DNA of 64,000 nt, from contig JBAQTB010000001.1 in NCBI GenBank assembly GCA_049296775.1, positions 224,992-288,991 on the forward strand. Reading direction: 5' to 3'. Positions 36,960-45,519 of this stretch are shown in pieces; position 1 is the stretch's first letter, and every line of letters starts with the position of its first letter. Below the pieces are notes generated by a model. The model was given only the letters and a program-made list of their open reading frames with translations. It ran no database searches and was not told where the DNA came from. Source of the DNA: Patescibacteria group bacterium. GTDB lineage: Bacteria; Patescibacteriota; Patescibacteriia; UBA9934. The translations under genes were made by a program, and so were the position numbers.

Positions 36960-37534
36960 ACAAAAGGGCGATTATAGAGACTGTGAGCTAATTTATGTCG
37001 GTACGATACGGGAATAATGAGAAAAAGAAAAGGGGTACTGAGACGTCAGGCGGTAAAAATATATGCCTGCGTGGCAGAACCCCGGGTAGCTTATGCGTAG
37101 AACTGGTGTCGTTGGGCTTTAAAGTGATGATGAGATCACTGCAAGGCTCAACGCTCCAGATAATACTGAATTAAGCTGTCAAATGACCTGCTTTACCCCG
37201 CTCTGGGTTTGCTCGCTTGCAGATTACATACCTAAACTCAGCAATTGGTCCCGAATGCTTTAAAAAGCTAGTACAGCAGTGAGGTATCTCCCGAAGACGT
37301 TTGTGGGGCTTCGGGAAACTTCCCCTAAGTCATTTCTCGGAATAGGTACCGAGAAAAAGGATAATGAGAAAGAACGATTACCTATAAATAATAGACCCCC
37401 TGAACACTAAATGTAAACACCTATATGACTCAATAAACATAAGGCGTTTATTGGCTTGTGGATAAAATAAACTACTATTGTATTCAGCTGCCTGTGGACA
37501 AGTAAGCTGATTTTGCGGAGTTACACACAGGTTA

Positions 37535-38788
37535 TCACCAGCAGATTTTGAGGGTATTTTTGCGGTAGGCAACTTGGCTAGCTAACTGCAGATGGGTAAC
37601 GAGATCGTGATTATTGAGATTGATTGGCGCTAACAGTAGTTGTTTTAAGGCTTGGGGTGCGATGAACCCTTGTGGATGTTTCAGACAACTAGCTGGATAT
37701 TCGGTTGTGGCGGCATCTATAATGGAAGGTCTGTTACTAAAAATGAGTTGATTATTGGCTTGGGTTAGCCTAAACATCTCGCCGGTTGGGGCAGTGGCTG
37801 TGGCGGTTGTAATGCCGTCGCTGGTGTTGAGTTCAGTGATGACGTTGGGATTGGCACGGATCTCTAAACTGTCGGGTAAACCTTCAATTGTCAACCCTGA
37901 TGTAGACAAACTTTGTAAATTAGCGGCTTCGGTGGCGAGTGCGCCAAGTTCCTCTAGGCTCAGGTTAGGGCTCGTCAGTGCCAGCACGAAGGCGGGGCCA
38001 AGACTGTCTTGGCCGATCATGACATCCAAATCTTGGTTAGCAGTAATGTGCTTAAGAATTTGCAGGCCTGGGAAATTGCTAGGGATAACGGCTAGTGAAT
38101 TGTTGGAAAATACGCGTGCAGGCACTCGGAAAGCACCTAAAAGTTCCGTGCTGGCAGCGAGAGCCGGCGCGCGCGGAGCGATGAACGGAGTCGAGTTTAG
38201 CGGGAAGATTAAATCATTATGTTTAGAGAATCTGAATGGCAGGCGTCTGATGCGCTCATCGTTACTGCTTTTTATAGCTACACTGCCGTCAAAGCGTGGA
38301 AAGAGTAACCATGGGTCTAAGTGACGTTCATTTTGGTCTAAAACTGGTGTTTCAGCTGAAGTGATTAAAGTTTTATTTGCAAAAGAGGTGGTTTTTAGAT
38401 TCCAAAGCTTAAGATTTGCGCTGACGTTGGTTGGGACTTCCCCATCAACCGTAAAGCCAATGATACGGTTACCGTCTGAATATAAAAGAAATTCTCGTTT
38501 AGACCAGGTTATGGCCTCGGCCAGGTCCCAAGGAGTGGCCGCGATGGCTGGGACACCTGCAAACGTTTGTTCAACTATGCTGGTGATTCTATCCGTGGTG
38601 ATCAAGCGAATTTCTGAGGTGGCTGTGGTTGGCCAAATGGATGCGCTCGTCCTGAAGTGCCAGGCCCGATCGAGAATGAGTCCGGTGAGCACACTTAAAA
38701 TTAAGCTACTAGATAAGCCAATGGCCCGCCAAAGTTGTTGGCGGGCCGGGTTAACCGATAACGGAATGGCTAAACGATCAATTGGCAT
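37535..38788 (-). CDS. hypothetical membrane-anchored extracytoplasmic protein
   Basis: 417 aa with an N-terminal TM helix and no recognisable domain. Confidence 0.45.
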   Translation of the reverse strand: MPIDRLAIPLSVNPARQQLWRAIGLSSSLILSVLTGLILDRAWHFRTSASIWPTTATSEIRLITTDRITSIVEQTFAGVPAIAATPWDLAEAITWSKREFLLYSDGNRIIGFTVDGEVPTNVSANLKLWNLKTTSFANKTLITSAETPVLDQNERHLDPWLLFPRFDGSVAIKSSNDERIRRLPFRFSKHNDLIFPLNSTPFIAPRAPALAASTELLGAFRVPARVFSNNSLAVIPSNFPGLQILKHITANQDLDVMIGQDSLGPAFVLALTSPNLSLEELGALATEAANLQSLSTSGLTIEGLPDSLEIRANPNVITELNTSDGITTATATAPTGEMFRLTQANNQLIFSNRPSIIDAATTEYPASCLKHPQGFIAPQALKQLLLAPINLNNHDLVTHLQLASQVAYRKNTLKICW

Positions 38789-38789
38789 G

Positions 38790-41045
38790 TTAGGCGCGTG
38801 GTTTTGGGGCTGAACTGCTAGGCTTTTGCACCTTAGCTTTCATAGCGTCAGTATACACGTTGCCTTCTGCTTGTTTCATGGACAGATTGATGCGGCCTTT
38901 TTCATCAATTTCGATCACTTTGACTTTGACCATGTCCCCTACTTTGACGATATCGGTGACCTGGTCAACGCGCCAAGGAGCGAGTTCAGATACGTGGACT
39001 AGACCATCTTTGCCAGGTAGTACTTGCACGAAAGCTCCAAAATCCATGAGTCTCACCACTTCACCATTGAAGAGTTCTCCAGGTTGAATTTCGCGGGTAA
39101 GGTTATTGACCCAGTCGTAAGCAGCTTGTCCGGATACGCCGTCAACGGCAGTGATTAGAACTAAGCCGTCTTGCTCGATATCAATTCCGGTAACTCCAGT
39201 TTTCGCGATGATTTCGTTAATCATTTTGCCACCAGGACCAATAACTTCACGAATCTTGTCTGGGTTGATCTTGAGCTTGAGGATACGTGGCGCATTGGGT
39301 GATAATTCAGCGCGTGGGGCGGCAATAGTCGCGGTCATGACATCGAGGAGCTTAAGTCTGGCCTCACGTGACTTAGTAATCGCCTCGGTTACTACAGAGT
39401 GGGGTACGCCATCAGTTTTAGTGTCCAACTGAATGGCGGTAATACCGGTGTGGCTACCAGTGATTTTGAAGTCCATGCCACCAACGCCGTCTTCTAGATC
39501 TTGAATATCGGTAATGACCTGGTAATTTTCACCGTCACTCGCCAGTCCCATGGCAATACCAGCAATCGGAGCTTTGATAGGCACGCCGGCGTCCATTAAG
39601 GCCAAAGTCGTGGCGCAAGTTGACGCCATGGAGCTGGAACCATTGGACATGAGGGTTTCTGAAACGACTCTGATAGCGTAAGGGAACTCCTCTGGTTCTG
39701 GGATCATGAAAGCGAGCGCTTTTTCTGCTAACGCACCGTGACCAATTTCGCGGCGACCGGCGCCACGCAATGGTTTGGCCTCGCCCACCGAGAACGGAGG
39801 AAAGTTGTAATGATGCATGAAGCGTCTTTCACCTACGATCTCCATGCCATCCAGGGTTTGTTTGTCACCAGGGGCGCCAAGGGTACAAACGGACAGAACC
39901 TGAGTTTCACCACGGGTGAAGTAGCCGCTGCCATGAACGCAAGGCAAAAGTGCGACTTCAGCGGTGAGCTGACGAATGTCATTCAAACCACGACCGTCAA
40001 CGCGTTGTTTGCGGTCAATAATGGCACGTGTAATGGCGGAATCGATAAACTCGCCCAACATGCCTAGGCCGAGTTTAATACTCTCATCATCGAGGTTTTG
40101 AGTTTTGAGGAATTCAGCTGATAGTGTTTTGAGTTCAGACTTGGCAGATGCCCGTTCTGCTTTGGTAGCCTGAGGTGCGCCGAAAAAGAGTGTTTCAATG
40201 GTTTTATCAGCGAACGGCTTGAGAATAGCTTTGACTTCAGTAGCTTTGGCGAGTTTAGCCGTGTCTTCAGGAGTTTTTGGATCAAGAAGATTGACTTTAG
40301 CTTTGCCGTGATCATCACGCACCTCTTCAATTAAGGCGATAACTGGACCAAGGCTGGCTTGGCCAAATTCAATCGCCTCAAGTACCTGGCTCTCTGGAGC
40401 TTCATCGCAGCCAGCTTCAAGCATGATGACTTTGTCTGGTGTGCCGGCAACGTCAACGTCAAACTTGGTTTGCTCACGCTCAGCGTAGGTTCCGTTTAAA
40501 ATTAGCTGTTCGTTGAGGCGATTAACTCGGGCTGCGGCAATTGGGCCGTTCCAAGGAATATCAGACATGTGCAGAGCGCAAGAAGCGGCGATGAGTCCAG
40601 GAACATCAGCGTCATTCACGCCATCAAAGGCCAGGACGGAGATGATGATCTGAACGTCGTTCTTGATCCGCTGATCAAAGAGTGGACGAATGGCGCGATC
40701 GATAAAACGTGCTGCGAGCACAGCCTCATCAGTTGGGCGACCTTCGCGCTTAATGAAACGAGAGCCCTTGATTCTGCCCGCGGCGTAAAGTTTTTCTTCA
40801 AAATCCACCATGAGTGGGAAGAAATCCATGCCTCCGCGCACGTCTTTTGACAAGACGGCCGTGGCGAGTACGACGGTGTCACCGTATCTAACGGTACAAG
40901 TGCCGTTGGCGGCTTGGGCGAATTTACCAACTTCAATGGTGAGTGGCTTGCCTCCAAACTCTAATGCGTAGCTGGTCTTGGTCATAGACATAAAGATAAT
41001 CGGCCAGAGGTGAAAGGGCGCGTAAGGAATTACACGCCGTTTCAC
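38790..41045 (-). CDS. pnp: polyribonucleotide nucleotidyltransferase (PNPase)
   Basis: Two RNase PH domains, a KH domain and a C-terminal S1 domain (GEVVRLMDFGAFVQV). Probable start at MSMTKTSYAL (~40991). Confidence 0.95.
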   Translation of the reverse strand: MKRRVIPYAPFHLWPIIFMSMTKTSYALEFGGKPLTIEVGKFAQAANGTCTVRYGDTVVLATAVLSKDVRGGMDFFPLMVDFEEKLYAAGRIKGSRFIKREGRPTDEAVLAARFIDRAIRPLFDQRIKNDVQIIISVLAFDGVNDADVPGLIAASCALHMSDIPWNGPIAAARVNRLNEQLILNGTYAEREQTKFDVDVAGTPDKVIMLEAGCDEAPESQVLEAIEFGQASLGPVIALIEEVRDDHGKAKVNLLDPKTPEDTAKLAKATEVKAILKPFADKTIETLFFGAPQATKAERASAKSELKTLSAEFLKTQNLDDESIKLGLGMLGEFIDSAITRAIIDRKQRVDGRGLNDIRQLTAEVALLPCVHGSGYFTRGETQVLSVCTLGAPGDKQTLDGMEIVGERRFMHHYNFPPFSVGEAKPLRGAGRREIGHGALAEKALAFMIPEPEEFPYAIRVVSETLMSNGSSSMASTCATTLALMDAGVPIKAPIAGIAMGLASDGENYQVITDIQDLEDGVGGMDFKITGSHTGITAIQLDTKTDGVPHSVVTEAITKSREARLKLLDVMTATIAAPRAELSPNAPRILKLKINPDKIREVIGPGGKMINEIIAKTGVTGIDIEQDGLVLITAVDGVSGQAAYDWVNNLTREIQPGELFNGEVVRLMDFGAFVQVLPGKDGLVHVSELAPWRVDQVTDIVKVGDMVKVKVIEIDEKGRINLSMKQAEGNVYTDAMKAKVQKPSSSAPKPRA

Positions 41046-41132
41046 CTAAAGTGTCCGGCCGAAGATTAAGTTAATCATGAAGGAACGATGACGGTGGCTC
41101 ACTTGAATCAAGTGGGCCACCGAGCATCGGGA

Positions 41133-41795
41133 CTACACGGCAGCGTTTGGAGTGGCTTTACGGCGGCGGCGTGGGCGTTCTGATTGAGCGGCAGGCGCAA
41201 CGGGCTCAGAGTGCTCTTTCTGTTGCTGCTCGGCGATGACATCATCAAAGGTGTCTACAGCCGATGATTTAGTGTTGGGCGTTGGTCGATATTTTGGATC
41301 GTTGATAAGGAAGCTGCCGAGATCATCAGAAAAGTTGGTGTAAATATCGGCGCATTCCACCAGCTTAGATGAAGTTGATTCGCGGAAGGAGGCCACGTGG
41401 AAGATGCGGCCGCGATTTTTTACGTACTCACCAAGAGGCACGTAGTCTCCATCACCGGAAACGATGATGACGACGTCCAGCATGTCGATCATGCGAATGA
41501 TATCCACGGTGATACCTACGTCCCAGTCCCCTTTCTTATGGCCTGAATCGTATTCTAGCAATTCTTTTGTGTTCACTTCAATGCCCATCTTGTGCAGGGC
41601 TTCAAAGAATGGGAGCTCCTCACCGGTTTTGGTAGAAACGGTGTAAGCAATAGCGCGTACCAAGCGTTGATCGCCTAAAGTTTTCAGGACGATGTTTCCA
41701 AAGTTGACCTTACTGCCATAAATATTTCTGGCACTGTAGTACATGTTTTGCACGTCGATGAAAACTCCGACGCGTCTGTGGCTCAAATCGAGCAT
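41133..41795 (-). CDS. NYN/LabA-like PIN-fold domain protein
   Basis: GVFIDVQNMYYSARN...IIVSGDGDYVPL is the NYN signature. Basic C-terminal tail. Confidence 0.7.
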   Translation of the reverse strand: MLDLSHRRVGVFIDVQNMYYSARNIYGSKVNFGNIVLKTLGDQRLVRAIAYTVSTKTGEELPFFEALHKMGIEVNTKELLEYDSGHKKGDWDVGITVDIIRMIDMLDVVIIVSGDGDYVPLGEYVKNRGRIFHVASFRESTSSKLVECADIYTNFSDDLGSFLINDPKYRPTPNTKSSAVDTFDDVIAEQQQKEHSEPVAPAAQSERPRRRRKATPNAAV

Positions 41796-41935
41796 AGCGT
41801 TTTTAAAATAGACTTAGAGATTAGATATTAGCAGACTTTAGCAGCGCTGTGCGCGAACTAAGTTCTACTAATGACTGACCTCTAGATAATGTGTAAAGAC
41901 CCCAAGCCGACTGGCCCGGGGTCTTTGGGGAATAG

Positions 41936-42217
41936 TTACTTCTTTAGGCCGAGCTCGGCAATGATGTCTGCGTAGGCCTTAGCGTCTTCACGCTCAAGGT
42001 ACTGCAATAAGCTGCGGCGCTCAGAGACCATCTTGATCAGACCACGGCGTGAGCTGACGTCCTTACGGTGAGTTTTCAAGTGCTTAGTTAACTCTTCAAT
42101 TTCTTTGGTGAGAAGAGCAATTTGCACCTGAGGTGAACCGGTGTCTTTCTCATGGATACGGAACTTTTTGATGATCTTATCCTTTTTTGACTTGTCGAGC
42201 ATAAAACATGATTTCAT
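41936..42217 (-). CDS. rpsO: 30S ribosomal protein S15
   Basis: MLDKSKKDKIIKKFRIHEKDTGSPQVQIALLTKEIEELTKHLKTHRKDVSSRRGLIKMVSERRSLLQYL. The start at MLDK (~42202) gives an 88-aa product. Confidence 0.9.
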   Translation of the reverse strand: MKSCFMLDKSKKDKIIKKFRIHEKDTGSPQVQIALLTKEIEELTKHLKTHRKDVSSRRGLIKMVSERRSLLQYLEREDAKAYADIIAELGLKK

Positions 42218-42671
42218 CCGTATAGTCGTAGTGAGAGGGACTCAAGCCTCAAACCATGGCTATCGGCAGGTTATTTATGGGAGAAGTCTAGCTAAAAAAG
42301 CGCTAAACGTCAAGTTTTGAGCCTTAAAGAAAAACCGTCGCCTCCAGGGGAAGCGACGGCCGCGTGACAAGCGTCACAAGTCTGCAAGTGGAGTGCCTAC
42401 GAGGGGCACTCTGTAAACGGGTTTATGCCGAGCGTTGCTCGGCGTCAGTGGGTATCGTCAGAAGGTGGGGGCCCGGATGCCGAGGGGAAGGACCGGCGGC
42501 TCTCTGAGCGCTTCATGGCGTACCTCAAGCCAGTTTTACCTGGCTAGGAGTTGGGGGCTGGCTGAATCGCCATCTTTGCGACTCCAACACAAAGACAAGA
42601 CTATTCATGCCTGGTTTGGTAGGATTCGTCAATGCGCATGGTACAATTTACGACACATAAAGCTTCCGAAT

Positions 42672-43595
42672 ATGGAGAATGTTTTTGGCAAGTACTTAAA
42701 AGAATTTTTGGAGTATTTGGAAATTGAGCGGGGTCGTTCCGACAAGACGGTTCGTAACTACCATTTTTATTTAAAACGATTTTCGGATTGGGCGAATAAT
42801 CCTAACCCAGCTGAAATCAGTGGTGAATTAGTGCGTAAGTATCGCTTGCATTTGAATCGCAATGTCGCGGGGAGAGAAGAAGCGCAACTCAAAAAGAACA
42901 CTCAGAATTATCACTTGATTGCGCTAAGAGCCTTTTTGAAATATTTAGCTAAGCGTGATGTGCAGACACTGGCGCCAGAAAAGATCGAGTTATCCAAACA
43001 AGGGAGTCGACATGTGTCTTTTCTTGAGGCTGAGGAGTTAAAACGCTTTCTAGAGGCACCTGTGGGGGACCCAAGTATTGTTGGTGCCAGAGACAAAGCG
43101 ATTTTGGAGTTATTATTTTCTACCGGCCTACGTGTTTCTGAGATTGCGAACTTACGTATTGACGCGATCAATTTGAAATTGGACGAATTTACGGTGTTAG
43201 GCAAAGGCAGTAAGCACCGCGTAGTGTTTCTAGCTAATCCAGCCAGAATTGCGATTAAGACTTATTTGGAACGTCGTCGAGATGTGTCACCGTATTTGTT
43301 TGTGCGGCATGACAGAGCGCGTAAGTTTACCCCCGGCGCTCACCCCCTCACCCCACGATCAATTCAAAGAATCGTAGACAGATACGCGCGCATGGCCGGC
43401 ATCACCAAGCGCGTCACGCCGCATACTTTGCGGCATACTTACGCGACTGATTTATTGCGTAATGGTGCGGATATTCGTTCCGTACAATCTTTACTAGGTC
43501 ATGAGTCAATTACGACCACGCAGGTGTACACCCATATTACAGATAAAGAATTAAAACGGGTTTATCATCAATTTCATGATAAGACCGGAGAATAA
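42672..43595 (+). CDS. tyrosine site-specific recombinase, XerC/XerD family
   Basis: R..HxxR...Y catalytic set (HTLRHTYATDLL, LLGHESITTTQVYTHI). The ORF track starts at 42435, but that extension is GC-rich and non-coding-looking. MENVFGKYLKEF at 42672 is the likely start, with TGGTACAAT extended -10 upstream. Confidence 0.85.
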   Translation: MENVFGKYLKEFLEYLEIERGRSDKTVRNYHFYLKRFSDWANNPNPAEISGELVRKYRLHLNRNVAGREEAQLKKNTQNYHLIALRAFLKYLAKRDVQTLAPEKIELSKQGSRHVSFLEAEELKRFLEAPVGDPSIVGARDKAILELLFSTGLRVSEIANLRIDAINLKLDEFTVLGKGSKHRVVFLANPARIAIKTYLERRRDVSPYLFVRHDRARKFTPGAHPLTPRSIQRIVDRYARMAGITKRVTPHTLRHTYATDLLRNGADIRSVQSLLGHESITTTQVYTHITDKELKRVYHQFHDKTGE

Positions 43596-43703
43596 TTTGA
43601 TATTTTGTGAATTTTCTGCTAATATCCGTCCTGCAAGTCTGGGGGCTTAGTAAAATTTGAGCCGTAATGTTGCGGGTCGAGATTTCACCGGATTTACATT
43701 GAT

Positions 43704-43780
43704 GCCTCGATAGCTCAGTTGGATAGAGCAAGGGACTTCTAAGCCCGAGGTCGCAGGTTCGAACCCTGCTCGAGGCACCA
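43704..43780 (+). tRNA. tRNA-Arg (anticodon TCT), CCA encoded; anticodon stem has only 3 G-C pairs flanked by A/G mismatches
   Basis: GCCTCGATAGCTCAGTTGGATAGAGCAAGGGACTTCTAAGCCCGAGGTCGCAGGTTCGAACCCTGCTCGAGGCACCA. Acceptor, D and T arms are perfect. Confidence 0.8.
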
Positions 43781-43785
43781 AAAAA

Positions 43786-43812
43786 ACAGAAGCAAAATGC
43801 TTCTGTTTTTTT
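43786..43812. terminator. bidirectional terminator (ACAGAAGC-AAAAT-GCTTCTGT + T7)
   Basis: Perfect 8-bp stem flanked by A7 and T7, between tRNA-Arg and the convergent gene. Confidence 0.8.
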
Positions 43813-43822
43813 ATGTGTGGTC

Positions 43823-44530
43823 TTAGGCGTTTTTAAATTGTTCTAAAAGTGGATGATCGGGCATGAGCTCTTTGAGAAGTTGCGGTGTTTGGTTGTACCA
43901 CTCTGTGACGACATCGGTATGTGACATGCCTTGAGCTTGGCGTTCACGGAAGAAGGTGAATTTACGTGCAAAGAATTCATGGTGCAGCTCTAGACGTTCT
44001 GGTTTTTCTAGCGTCCACAATGATTCTAGGAGCGCAGCCTGTTCTTTGCGGCGAATAATTTTAGGATCGAGATATCTATTTTTTGAAATGTCGAAATCAA
44101 TTGATTCAACCTTGATATCTGAGCCTAGGATGGCATGTGCTGTAGCCAGAATACGTTCTTGACGTGATTCCTCGCAAAACACCGTGACTGGTCCGCGCAG
44201 CTGTTGCTGTTCAATGATGCGTTTGGCGAAGAGTAGATTTTCAAGGGTTGAGAGTGATTCATCTTCTAAAACGATCTGCCATTGCTCGGTAGCGTTTTCA
44301 AGTTCAGCCCGTGACATGAATTCTTGTATGTATGCACCAATTGCAGCGGCTTCCGTTCCCTCGTATGGAGGCTCTGTGGCTGTTGAACCGCCGCACGGAA
44401 TAATTACCGCTTCTTTTTCAAGTGCATGCGAATATATACGATTGAATGCAATATTCAAATACGTCCGATAATTTTCATCGGTTTTAATGTCCTTTGGAAT
44501 CCCGTATCCGCAAACAATAAAGATGTTCAT
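43823..44530 (-). CDS. DUF218 (YdcF/ElyC-like) domain protein
   Basis: NIFIVCGYG...VIIPCGG Rossmann-like core typical of DUF218. Confidence 0.5.
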   Translation of the reverse strand: MNIFIVCGYGIPKDIKTDENYRTYLNIAFNRIYSHALEKEAVIIPCGGSTATEPPYEGTEAAAIGAYIQEFMSRAELENATEQWQIVLEDESLSTLENLLFAKRIIEQQQLRGPVTVFCEESRQERILATAHAILGSDIKVESIDFDISKNRYLDPKIIRRKEQAALLESLWTLEKPERLELHHEFFARKFTFFRERQAQGMSHTDVVTEWYNQTPQLLKELMPDHPLLEQFKNA

Positions 44531-44589
44531 ATCATTTCACAGTATGCCCGAATAATTGTGAGGTTTCAATGATGACGGCATTAGGATAG

Positions 44590-44882
44590 CAGATCTGTTT
44601 ATACGTAACGAGTTTGAGCGAAACGGATGTTTCTATCGGGTGTCAGTGGTAGTCAGCTAAGACGGAATGACTCAAACAAAAAACCGTTTTATTTGTGACG
44701 AGTTTGGGTGACCGGGGAGAAAATCTTGAGGCGTAGGTTGAGCTTACGGTAAACAGAAAACCAGTTTATTCGTGACGAATTTGGATGAACGGGAAAGAAA
44801 TTTTCGAGGCGTAGGCAATCCTACGGAGAGAAAATTTTAGGGACCCGTGAGTCCGAAGTCGGCCGAATAAACTGGTTTTCCA
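44590..44882. repeat. three degenerate ~72-75-bp tandem repeats plus a 16-bp inverted repeat (GAAAACCAGTTTATTC 44756-44771 / GAATAAACTGGTTTTC 44865-44880) abutting the 3' end of tRNA-His
   Basis: Units begin GTTTATNCGTRACGARTTTG and end with the hairpin CGTAGG..CCTACG. The last unit's head is repeated inverted 2 nt from the tRNA. Confidence 0.6.
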
Positions 44883-44958
44883 TGGGGTGGCTAACGGGAA
44901 TTGAACCCGTACTAGAGGTACCACAAACCTCTGTGATAACCATTTCACCATAGCCACC
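44883..44958 (-). tRNA. tRNA-His (anticodon GTG) with genomically encoded G-1 and CCA
   Basis: Reverse complement reads G-GTGGCTA-TG-GTGAAATGGTTATCAC-A-GAGGTTTGTGGTACCTC-TAGT-ACGGGTTCAATTCCCGT-TAGCCAC-C-CCA. Confidence 0.9.
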
Positions 44959-45132
44959 ATGCGGCTAGGAATTAAGGGTCTTACCAACAAAGTGGCAGTA
45001 AGGGCTTAATTTCTGGGCGTGGGCCTGAATTGTCTTTAGAAGGTCCATTGCGAGGCGTAGTTTAGCAGCTTTTTAAGAAAAAGGCAACTTTTAAGGGTCT
45101 GGGCCGTATTTGGCTAATACAAAGGTAAAAGA

Positions 45133-45519
45133 CTTGACTGGATTTAGATTTTATGCTAATCTACTTCCCTCGCAGCGCTCTTTGCCGCGAGACGGAGGTT
45201 CCTTTGAAACTCGATCACGTTCCGAAGCCGCAAGGCTCTACAAAAGTAAAAACAAACCCATTGGACATCGAGTTCAACGCCGACACCGACGCCATCGACA
45301 ACTGCTGACACCCGCGACGGCCTGGAGAGTGAAGGTCTGGACGGAGGGCTCCTCTTCCGTCCAAGCCTTCAACGGCTGCCGTGAAACTGGTCCTCGGACT
45401 GGTGGAACGGCAGCATAAGTCTGGTGACCTGCCTTTGGTCCCAGCGAGTAAACATCAGCTTCGGCTGACGCGTGCTCAGGCACTTGCACCCAACAGTTCG
45501 CTGTTGGGTGTATTTTTTT
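45133..45519 (+). ncRNA. candidate ~350-nt structured non-coding RNA (promoter TTGACT-17-TGcTAATCT at 45133-45161; intrinsic terminator 45487-45519), identity unknown
   Basis: No credible ORF; the only one is a TTG-start Arg-rich artefact. GC-rich and contains several perfect hairpins with GNRA/UUCG tetraloops (GGACGGA..TCCGTCC, CAGC-TTCG-GCTG, CACCCAACAG-TTCG-CTGTTGGGTG+T8). Lies 41 nt upstream of polA. Confidence 0.4.

Noticed and set aside
36960-37534. Possible RNase P RNA / tmRNA / SRP RNA in long intergenic regions (also tested at 42203-42671 and 45139-45519)
   Set aside because: None of the universal motifs were found (P4 GGAAAGUCCGG..ACAGAANCCGGCUUA, tmRNA tRNA-like end plus tag ORF, SRP GGAA domain IV); only weak partial resemblance.
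42435-42671. N-terminal 79-aa extension of the recombinase ORF
   Set aside because: GC-rich, Arg/Gly/Ser/Trp-rich and structured. A good promoter and the conserved Xer N-terminus begin at 42672.
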